Shown: positions 53,067-64,000 of the stretch, in pieces
Position numbering within the stretch: position 1 is the stretch's first letter
Layout: each line of letters begins with the position of its first letter
NCBI GenBank assembly: GCA_051362555.1
Contig: CM120646.1
Coordinates: 3,100,001 to 3,164,000 of the forward strand
Source: Lingula anatina
Lineage: Eukaryota > Animalia > Brachiopoda
Length of the DNA stretch: 64,000 bases
Direction: 5' to 3'
The notes under the pieces: generated by a model
The model's database searches: none
What the model saw: only the letters and a program-made list of their open reading frames with translations
Told to the model about the DNA's origin: nothing
Translations under genes and position numbers: made by a program

Positions 53067-56000
53067 TTTTCATTTGGATTTTCATCCTGTTGTTCCGTCG
53101 ACGCTATTGGAGGGCTGCTGAACACTACAAGAAGAAGAAAACCAAAGAATCCAAAAACAGCAACATAAAGTCTAAATGCCCAGCGCCATCCCAGGGACGG
53201 GTCCGAGCACAATTTGGCATTGACAGTATTTAAAATTGATGGACCTGAAGGTAGAGTTAAGAATAATCGAATAACTGTACGTGTTTGCTTGGAAATGCGA
53301 AATGCAGAGAGAGAATGAGACTTGAGTATTTTAGGTGCAACTATTTATCCTATGATTTTATCATAATTTCACCGTACTTACCAAAGAGTCCCGGTATGGT
53401 CAGCACACTGGTTGAGAAAATATGACACCTGTGAGTTCATGGAAACCAAAGTGCTATCACTATGTACGTAGATACTACGAAAAAGCCAGCACCAGTAGCG
53501 GCAATAACGCCAAAAGATACGACCAAGAACTGTGGAGTATTGGCAAATGATGTCAGAACCAGACCCAGCACAGCAAGAAATACCCCGAGAGCTGTCAATT
53601 GCCGAAGACTCAACTCTCCAACGGCATGAAGATTAGGATGCTGAGGCATGTTTTAGACGCAAAGTATACGGGAAGTGAGGCCCCTGTAAAGCAATACAAA
53701 CTTTTTTGAGCCCTGTATATATTTGAACATTTGTATTTAACACCGATTTACTGTACAACTGTAGTACGTGTAATACAAGCGCTGAAAACAGCTTATTTCA
53801 ATTAAGCTATATTAAACTAGCTATATTAAATTCCGTTGCATATGAAACTCTTCTGAAGCTGAAACGGATACATATAGTCTATGGGCCAATGTAGACCCCC
53901 CTCCCCCCCCTTAGTGATTTTCGTTCACTATGTTTTTCTGATAGCTTAGGTCCTAAACTTTGATTTTCCGCTTGTTTGCCATTAAACTGGTGGTGGGTGT
54001 GTGTGCTACAGCCGTTGCCATGGTAACGTCTGAGATAAAAAATTGAAATTTCTGAGACCAAAAAAATATTAAATTATTCAAATGTGTTAAGTGAATGGAA
54101 TTCAAAATCCTTTCAGATGTATAGTTTAAGAGCTGCACTATACTTTATGATCCTCAAAATATTCCAAGATGGCTGTAAATTCAAGATGGCGGCCAATTTT
54201 TGCTAATTTTTGAGTAATTTCAATTATTTTTCATATTTGAGTCTTTATTCAATAATAAAGGAATAAGAATGTGGGATATGTTTTGATGCGCCGGAATAGC
54301 ATACAGTCTCTACTTGCTACCTACAGTATTTATTTTAGATGAAACCTTTTAATTTTGTTGTAAAATCCTGAAATCCAAAATGGTGGCCAAAATATAAGTC
54401 TGCTGTCCCAACTGGAAAGATGTCAGATTTATCATCAAAGTGTCATTCTTTATTACTTTTAATAAACTGAATTCGAGCTTAGGGCTTTTTAAAACAATTT
54501 GCATTAATTCTGATTACATTAAGACTTTCAAAATTCAAAATGGCCGCCAATATGCTTATACACACTGGCTAAAATTGATATAATATATTTCCCAACAGAA
54601 TATTTATTTAAATTATCTCCCACCAACTTAGTCCCATTAGTGATTTTTGTTTACTATTATTTTCTGGTAGGTTAGGCCCTTAGCTTTTATTTTCTGCTTG
54701 TTTGCCATTAACCTGGTGGTGGGTATGAGTAACAGAGCTGTTGCCATGGTAATGTCTGGGGTTGAAAATTGATATTTTTGAGACCAAAAATAAAAATTAA
54801 AAATTCCAAATGCATTTAAAATCATGGAATTCACAATTATACCAAATGTGTAAATTTAGAAGTGTGCTATACTTCACAATCATCAAAATGTCCCAAGATG
54901 GCAGCAAATTCAAGATGGCTGCCAATTATTGCTCATTTTTCAATAATTTTGGGAATTTTTTTATATTTGAGTTTTTTATTTAATTATTAAGAAATTGCAA
55001 TGTGGCATGTGTTTTGATGTTCCATAATGGTAAAAAGCCTCTGCTGTCTGCCGAAAGTGCTTGTTGAAGATTTAACCTTTTAATTTTGACGTAAAATCCT
55101 GAAATCCAAGGTGGCTGCCACAAAACATGTCTTTTACATACGGCTGTCCTCACTGGAAAGATGCCACATTAATCATTCCAAATTACATTCTTTATTACTT
55201 TTAGGTGTACTGAATATGGACCTAGGACCCTTTTCTATAACTTGTGTTAATTCAGATTGCATTATGACTTTCGAAATTCAAAATGGCCGCCAATTTGCTT
55301 ACACATGAAATGATATAATACATTATTCCAATACAAAATAAAATTTAATAAACTCAAGCTAGCTCTGCCCTATTAGCAATTTTTATTTACTATGATTTTC
55401 TGATAGCTTGGGCCCTAAGTTCAAATATTCTGCTTGTTTGCCATGTAATAGGTGAAAGGTGTGACAGATTCAGCTGTTGCCATAGTAACACAGGGGTTTT
55501 AAAATTATAATTTCTGAGACCTTTAAATTGGCATGTATTTCAAATATATGATCTCGCTGTATTGTAAACTTTTTTAAAAAATTAGACTTGGACCTCAGTT
55601 ATCAACAAAATTATTTGAAAAAATTATCGTAGTTAAATTGCCAAAATGGCAGTCAATCCAAGATGACGATAGATTTATGTTAATTTTCTTCTTATTACTG
55701 AAAGTAGCTTTTTGTAAACTTTGAAAGCAGCATTGGAATTGAAAAATGTTAGGTTTTTGGATATGCTGATATGAACAGAATTGCATAATTACTGTTTACA
55801 GTGATTGTTACTCCTATATCCTCTTTTTTAAGTGTAATAAAACCTAAAACCCACGGTGGCCATCACAAAACAGGGTTCATACATATTGCTGTGCTGACCG
55901 AATATATATTACATTTTCGTTTCAAAATGCCTCTTTTGCTCTTTCTGATAAACTGAATTAACCTATTAGGATATTATCTAAATATAAATCATTTCTATTC

Positions 56001-59000
56001 ATTTTCAGCCAAATTATATTTACTTGGCTATTCCAAAATTCACCATGGCCACAAATGGCCATGACAGTGCAGGTATGAATTTTGCTGCAATAATATTAAA
56101 CAGTGCACCAAACAAATAATTCTAAAATTTGTGCAATATAATCAAATTTGCCCTTTCTACACTGCTTTCACGGAAACACTTGTCCATATTTAGTTAAATA
56201 TTTAGGATTAAGGCCTTTTTGGAAATGTATGAAATGTCTTGGCTGTAGTCTTTTTTCATGAAGAATGTTCACTGGAAAGCCAATTAAAATTTGCTGTTAC
56301 CTCTGAAACTGAGTTTTTGTTACAATCTAAGATGGTGTTCATCTATATGAATAAATGGAATAAAACATTTACATGTATATGCCATAACTCAGCTTCAAAC
56401 TGCTAGAGAGGTAAAATTATATCCACGTTTTGGAAAAATCAATATATCCACTAACTTCAACTGAATATATAATTTAATTTTTTATAACATTTTACTTAAA
56501 ATATAATTGTATAGAAATGCAAAATCGCCATCTATATTTGCAAACTAGTTGCCTTTCACTCAAAATCAGACTATTTTGTGTCATTCAACTTGCCCAATAG
56601 ATGGTAAGAGATGATCAAATAATTTCAGCCATCTACGGCACGATAATTTAAATACTTGTAGACCATATTGAGTTATTACAAATGTTCACAATCTTGGTTT
56701 CATATTATTCAAATTCAATACATCAAAAGGTAGCAACAAATACAAAAGAATAAAATAAGGCAATTTCGGAGAACAATATACAATATTAGAAGTTTAATAG
56801 GACAGCAATATATACCAAAGTAAATCACCCAGGATTTGTTCGGGTCATTTTGGATTTCAAGTTTGTTTTTTTTTTGTTCTTAAAATGATAATTATAGCAA
56901 TAACAAACACTATAAGCCGTAAGTAAAGACTTAAATACCATATGGATATCAAAATACTTAACATTTCTCGATCCCATTAAATTTATTAAATTTTCAACGT
57001 TAGTTACTTACAGTAGAAACAGGTTTAGAAATCAGCTTGAACCGGCCGCAATTTTGATATTGCTGCCATCCTGAAAAAAATCACATCATCTTGGATGTTC
57101 AAAGAATGTTTTGCCATCATACCACGAATACAGATGTCTTCTTAAGTTTACATTATTGTTGAAGTTAATATATTTGAAATGTATGAAATTTTCTTAGTCT
57201 CAGAAATGTCAATTTCGAACCCCTGTGTTAGTATGGCAATGGCTGGGTTAATTGAATAGAAAACAAGCAGAAAATGGGATCTTAGGATGTAAACGATATA
57301 TAATAGTAAATAAAAGTCGCTAAAGGGGGATTCAGGTTGATAAAATCAATCTAAGTAACATTCTTTTGGAATATAATTTTCAATCAATTTTTTAGCAAGA
57401 ATGTATCATATTGACCATAAATATATAGTCCCCTATACTCATTGACAGCCATTTCTTTCAAATGCGACAGAATACATTAGTATTTCAACTCAAAAGTATT
57501 CTTTCCCATGTCAAATGTGAGTGATTAGCATGTACATGAAACTTTGTGTGATTTCTTAGGTCAAATGTGAGTGACTTGCATTTATGGGGGGTATTATAGG
57601 TCTATTATCTAGTCTAGGTTATTGTTGACCATTTGATCTTTCTTTTTTTTAATCATTTTACATGACCACACATCTAGTAGTGATCAGCACTATTAAAACA
57701 TAAGTATTCATCCAAACTTAAGATAAAATTAGGAATATTGCTGTCATATTTTAGTCTACTGGTTACAAAGATGTAAATTCACGGTCATTGGCGGCCATTT
57801 TGAATTTTGAAAGCCATACTGTAATCCAAATTAAGTCAAGTAATTGAAAAGGGTTCTGTTTTTATATTCAGTGCACCAAAAGTAATGAAGAACTTAATTT
57901 GGGATGATAAATCTGTCATATTTCCAGACAGGACAGCTACATGTAAAAGACTTGTTTTGTGGCAGCCATGTTGGATTTCAGGATTTTTCATCTCATTAAA
58001 AAGATTGCACCTTGAACAAACACTACAGGCAGAAAGTAGAGATTCCATGCTACACTGTTGCATCAAAATATCCCAGATATTGCAATTCTTTAATAATTAA
58101 ATAAGAATTAAAAAATTAAAAATTATCAAAATTTCTGAAAAAACAGCAAAAATTGGCGGCCATCTTGGATTTGCCGCCATCTTGGAAAATTTTGTTCATC
58201 GTTAGGTATAGTGCACATCTTAGATTACATGTCTAGAACGATTTTGAATTCTATTTAGTTTATGTATTTGAAATATTTTAGATTTTGTTGGGCTCAGAAA
58301 TGTCAATTTCTAACCCGTGTGTTACCATGGCAACGGCTGTAGCACCCACACCCACCACCAGTTTAATGGCAAACAAGCAGAAAATAAAAGCTAAGGACCT
58401 AAGCTATCAGAAAAACATAGTGAACGAAAATCACTAAGGGGGGGGAGGGTTTCGGTATTTGGCCCACGGACTAATATGGGTACGTGGGTATTTGGATAAG
58501 GAAGTCCATTTGATAGAAGAAATATATCTTTTCCATGCATGCTTGTATTCAGTCGTTCTTATTACCTCTAACAAGGAGGTTATGGTTTTAGTTCCGTTTG
58601 TGTGTTTCACTGTAAGCAACATTATACAAAAACTTGTGAAGATTCTTTTGCCTATAGCTATTTATATTTGTCTGGTCTTACCAGCCAATATTTCGTCTGC
58701 TTGCAGTTAGACCTCAAATTCATCATGCAGGATTGTTTCAGACAAAGTAGTCGATTAATCAGCAGTGGCACACCTGACTTAACACTTTTCTAACGTATCT
58801 TGTATGAGATAACTAGATATACCTTTTTATCCCAGGCACCCTTTTTAAGCTTGAATAGACACCACAGAGTATTGAATATCAAACCTGCATCTTTCTGATA
58901 TCCCAGTGTGTGTATAATAGATGTACATATCTTCAGGACATGTGTCTTTCAACGATAATTTACTCACTCCCCTTGTCAGTTTCATCAAAAGAAATAGATT

Positions 59001-59352
59001 AAGACCACGTTTTATTAAGTATTAACTCCCCGCATGCAGCCATGTTAAGTGAAGGACCGCACTCCTTTTAGCCTTTGACCATATTTATGAAACTATTATG
59101 TTTATATTTTTGTATTTCTTGTATAATATACGCCATCCTCAAATAAAGACACTGTTTTTTTTTAATTTGATGAACGCAAATATGAACCCTTACCAAGCAA
59201 TGCGAGAGTCGATTCTGGAAGAGCTTCAACCTGTTGAAAACACCTAATTGTTGTCCCCCACGATTCTTCAATTCCAATTTGGGTCATAAATGGAAGAATA
59301 GCGATGCCTAGAACAACCAAACCTCAGTAGATACCTACCAGGATATATCTTT
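53067..59352 (-). pseudogene. MCT-like 4 pseudogene (exons 1-3 only)
   Basis: Exon 1 (~59352-59194) lacks the ATG and has TGA at 59324-26. Exon 2 (53683-53382) is 302 nt instead of 312 (frameshift) and has FPW>FP*. Exon 3 (53244-53067) is open. Exons 4-7 are missing, and intron 1 holds a 4.6-kb TIR element. Confidence 0.85.
53875..58473. mobile_element. Non-autonomous Academ-like DNA transposon (4.6 kb)
   Basis: Termini TAGTCTATGGGCCAA... / ...TTGGCCCACGGACTA, 3-bp TSD ATA (53872-74, 58474-76), and ~690-bp imperfect TIRs. The TIR unit is tandemly reiterated inside (~53910, ~54637, ~55371; inverted ~57040-57330). No transposase ORF. TAG ends, 3-bp TSD and long TIRs fit Academ. Confidence 0.75.
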
Positions 59353-59968
59353 GCCAAGCGTATTTTACATTGGTTTATTATCCTGAACTGAGAGCATTGC
59401 AGTAGCAAGTTTTGTCTAGGCGGATTTAAAGGCATGCAGTCATGAAATGAGCATCAACCCACCTCGTCAATCTGCGCCTTGACAAAATTAACCGGCGCAC
59501 CTGTGCGTCTGTGACTGATAATGTGAATATTAACGTTTTTTCTTTCCGCTGCAAAAATTGATTTCATTTGAAACAAATGGCACTTTTTATACGATTATGA
59601 TGTTATCATTATTTAATTGATTTTACATCAAGTCTCCCGTTAATAAATCTAGCTGCAGGTCCCACGCCAATAGCAAACAATAAGCGAACGATTCACATTT
59701 TATTCACGCTTACTGTAACGGAGCAGGTAATGGTGACTTGGAGTATGGAGAAAGCCAAAAATACAAAGATTAAAGAACCCTAAACCTAACTTATGTGACT
59801 TAAAACTTCCACGTAATTTTGAATATCATAGCTCGTGTGCATGGTGAAATACGAGATACACACAATAGAGGAAATTTCAAGGTAATAAAAATCTAAGCAA
59901 CTTTAGGTTTTTATTTTGAAAATACGTAATTTATAGTGAACGATATTTCACAGTTTATTTCCAAAAAT

Positions 59969-62900
59969 TCAGTCAAAAAAAATGCTGTTCTTCTTCCCCT
60001 CAAGACTTTTCAAAACTTTCCACTTCTTGTTGAAAATGAGCAAAAGCGTAGTCAAAATAAACGCGCCATAACATGACACAATGGTCAGGAACACTGCGTG
60101 GTAGCTGCCTGTGACGTCACGGATATATCCTGAGGGAAAAATGAAGACACGCATTAAATTGACAACGGTGAAATGGCAACTGAAGGTGTTGTAAACTTGA
60201 TATGAAAGGCTAGTATTCGTTTAACTACGCCCCTGAAATGGTATTTTAACGTTAACTTTACTACAATATTAAAGCTTTCGCTCTGGAGTGAACATTGCTA
60301 AAATGAAAAAAAGATCAAGCTCGTCATATCACCGAACAGAATACAAAGGATCTTCATACTGAACCCTGCACTTGTAGGCTTTCTTAAAAACTGCAGGATG
60401 TCAAAATGCCAAGAATTCAATAATAATAATTGAGCTAAGGGTCCATGAGGAATTATTTTTGTAAGACCTTAACCTACCTGCTACATATGGCCCTACAGTT
60501 CCTCCGATACCTTTGCTGAAACGCAATGTCATGAATAATGTGTTCACATATTCTCCGTCCATGATTTCATAGTTGACGGCAAAGTGCCCAGCATTGTAAA
60601 GGCCAAGAAAAAATCCCGAGGCTGAAAAATTATTTCAAGTCTTGGTTAGAATAATTTTCACTTGAATTTAACCAAAAATCATGCATAGCAACGGCAGCCA
60701 TATAATGTACATTAGCAACTGGATTCTGACTACAGTATTGTTAAATCACATGCATGTCAACAATTTTTTGCTCGATCCATGTAACGTTAAGCCAGCAATT
60801 GCGTTAAAATTTAACTCGTAGTACCTTAAAGATACATATATGCTGTTGTATTACACAGAGGAAAAACAATCAAAGGGCCAAAATTCAAATTTGAAAACAC
60901 TCACCAGCGCAATATACATATATAGCAGTCAAAGATGTAGAATACGCAGCAATAATATTATTCACAGTGAGCACCGAAGCCGCCGCCAGGTTCGCCACCA
61001 TAATATTTCCCTTCACATAGTCACCAACCAGAGATGCAAACATCTGTCCAGTCATACCCATGATTCCGAACACTGCTATCACGTGCAATGCGTCATCTTC
61101 TTTATAACCAAGGTCTGTCAGATGTTTTGGCTAAAACAGGAAAGCATGCAGTACATAGAAATGAAGAGGTATTTTAGGATAAATTTAAATTCAATTCAAT
61201 TTAAATACTGGGTGAACAAATATTGTTGAATTCACACTTCAAAATAGCGATTTCTACGTGATGCACTAAGCGTACACTACACAAGGTTTCACAGACCAAT
61301 TGTATTTCATATAACCCTTCTGTTTCATTGTAGGAGGAGTTCCCGTTTGAAACCCAAAATATTTTGTGTACCTCGTAATCAAGGCAATACTGGAACTAAA
61401 ACTAAATATACAAGCTTCAAACAGCTTGATAAGTATTGGGAAGCACTGAATATACTAAACATTTCCCTTTCGTCTACGTGGCCCCTAATCTGTCATCAAC
61501 CGACATTGCTTTTATGCTGCATTGGTCCATTGTTTTATATCCTACCCTCTTAAAGACAAAAGAAATTCTTCACTCTTTCTAAGGAACAGGAAGGTGGTTT
61601 TATTAATTGCCTTTAGTCACCACTTTACATACTTTTCAAGACCGTTGAGGTTACAACATTTAACCGTTTTTTGAGCGTTAATATTCACAATTTGAGACAA
61701 TTGTGTTTTAAAGCTGGAAACATTAAAATGTTGGATGTAACTTTTTGATTAAAAACCATCTTTTGTGCCTCGCTGTTCCCCTTTAACATGTCGTAGACAT
61801 GTACATACTATCAAATCTACTTAGATATGACAAATCCCGCACGAAAATGCAGTAATATCGAAGTAGCAAAAAGCATTAACGAAGTAGTGGTGTGGAGCAT
61901 ATTTGCAGCAGAAATGCAGCATAGCCTTCTGCAATTCTACTCCAAAAGTACATAGGTTTGTACAGAGAGGAGCATTAATGCAGTAGATTAGCAGCATGAT
62001 AGAAGCATGTTTCAATTATGCTAATTAGCTCCCAAATCGAAGCAGATTTGAAGCATGTTTGCAGTACGATTGCAGTAGTCTACTGCGCTGAAGTATCTAC
62101 TGCGTTTTCTTGCGGGATATATCAAGTCATATTGTTCATTTTGAATACTTACTAATATAGCCGTTGGTAAGAAGAAAGCAAATCCTTCACAGCATATTGC
62201 CACTGCCCATATCCCATGGACAAAAACTTTAGAACGCAAAGAACATGGCGGTTTCTGAATGAATATTGACCTGAAAACCATGCTGTGCATTCATTTATCC
62301 TAGATATTCTAAGGGCAGCATCCTCAAGCCTATAAACAGTGTGTGTGTGTGTAGTTGTGGGTGTGCTCTTTTTCAAAATATGAAAAGGGTGAATTAAAAT
62401 ATTGTAGTTTAAAACTGAATAACTGAGGATAGCCTTGGAAAGAAAGTAAAAATTATACTTCAAGAACAATGAATACTTTGAGAAGTGCATTTTCCAGATG
62501 CAATTTCACTTCAGAACTTTTAAGAGAACAACGTTTTGCTTTGATGACATGAAACAAAATGGACATACTTTTCATCTGGTCCATCTTCATGCTGTACTAA
62601 CGGAGGATTGCTGTACAAAGCAAGAAGAAGAAAACCAAAGGAACCATAAGAAGCAGCAAAAAGTCTGAATACCCAGTGCCATCCCAATGACGGGGCGGCG
62701 CACACTTTAGCATCAACAGCATTTAAAATTGAAACACCTGGAGAGAGAGTAAAAACCTTATGACTAACATTACGTATTTGATTTAAAATAAAAACGCATA
62801 TATGTAGATTGAGATGGAGGAGAGGAAGATACATGTTTTAGGTGTAGCATTTTACTTTGTTGGGAAGCCATGTACTTACCAAGGAATGACAGTATGGTCA

Positions 62901-63741
62901 CCAGACTAGTTGAGAAAACATGAAACCGGTGAGACCATGGAAACCAAAGTCCAATCACTAAATAATTGCATACTGTACATAATCCGATGCCAGTTCCGGA
63001 TAAAACACCAAAAGATATAACTACAAATCGTGTATTATTGCTAAAAGACGCCAGTACCAGCCCCAGCACTGCAAGAAATAATCCGGTAGCTTTTATTTGC
63101 TGAAGACTCATCTGCCCGACGTTAGACAGTGCCATGTACATTGGGTTACTTAGGGATAGTTTGAACACAAAGTAAACTGATAGCGGTGCCCCTGTAAATG
63201 AGAGAAATTCATGTTAAGTCTTGTATCTGTGTATTACTCTGATTTATGTATGCGATAAACACCACTTTTTATAAAGAATCAAATCTGCTTTGAGGTACAA
63301 TAAATCCCCCCTTATTTTTAAAACCATTGCAAGTATACACCATTATTTTATTTTGTATTATAACACCGACCTCCTTGTCTTAAGATATAATTTACTTGAA
63401 AACCTGAACACAGAAGGTAACAGAGATGGGATAAAGATGAACAGAAAGAAAGCAAAAACCACAAGGTTCACAAAATCGTCAAACATGGAGAATTCTGCGC
63501 AGGCCATCCGCCAGTAGTGGTGTGACCAGCTGAGATGAAATGAAAAGAGATGAAATTTAATTTGATGAAAGTAAAGATAGACCTTACCTAGCAGTGCTAA
63601 AGACGATTCTGGAAAATCTATGTCCTGTTGAAAACATAATATTGTTGTCCCCCACGAACCTTCAATTCCAGTTGCAATCATAAATAAAAGAACAGTAATC
63701 CCCAGTACAAGCCATCCTCTGTAAATATCAAGAATTTTCAT
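59969..63741 (-). CDS. MCT-like 5: most divergent SLC16-like paralog (427 aa)
   Basis: Exons 63741-63588, 63191-62880, 62737-62569 (9-nt in-frame deletion), 62270-62153, 61130-60905, 60621-60478, 60129-59969. Frame open. Confidence 0.85.
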
Positions 63742-64000
63742 TACTGTACGTATTTGTTATTGTGTTATAATCTAATATGAGAACCCACGGAACGATGTCA
63801 ACCTGTCTAGACGGTTGAACCTTGACACCCAACGCTCTATATTCGTTATTGCATGTGCAACTGGTCGTATGAATATCAGTGTCTTTCTGCAAAAAAATGT
63901 TGATTATGTTTGAAACACATTGCAATATATATATTTGAATTGTTATGTGTATATAATTTCTTTTATTTCGGGTTACCTGTTAAAACATGTAGTTGCGGGT

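Noticed and set aside
53879-58100. Short ORFs recurring in the TIR element (MATAVA.../WSQK...)
   Set aside because: Translations of the reiterated non-coding TIR unit; frames are not conserved between units.
1-64000. Prokaryotic-type systems (CRISPR arrays, operons, defence islands), rRNA or tRNA genes
   Set aside because: The sequence is spliceosomal-intron-rich eukaryotic DNA; I saw no repeat-spacer array or rRNA/tRNA gene.

Overview
AT-rich, intron-rich animal genomic DNA, probably from a marine invertebrate (inferred from gene and transposon content). Most ORF-track entries are exon fragments or noise, so I rebuilt the genes by hand from GT-AG sites, intron phases and paralog comparison. 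(1) Two intact + strand paralogs (16673-25435 and 28371-34841; 12 coding exons; 554 and 555 aa) encode a secreted protein: signal peptide, PAN/apple-like domain, then three tandem CTHRC1-type C-terminal domains, with no collagen repeat. An orphan pseudogenic copy of the last two exons lies at 40729-41275. (2) Tail-to-tail with these, a - strand tandem array of divergent SLC16/MCT-like MFS transporters has four intact 7-exon genes and one pseudogene. They lack the canonical MCT signature motifs and the TM8 Asp/Arg pair. (3) Transposon remains include a 4.6-kb Academ-like element, a Harbinger-like element, several MITEs (one with an empty paralogous site), 5' and 3' LINE fragments, and a Penelope-like 89-bp perfect palindrome with a degenerate hammerhead core. 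The first ~13.5 kb is mostly non-coding, with one candidate first exon on the - strand. Family assignments come from remembered motifs, not from database searches.
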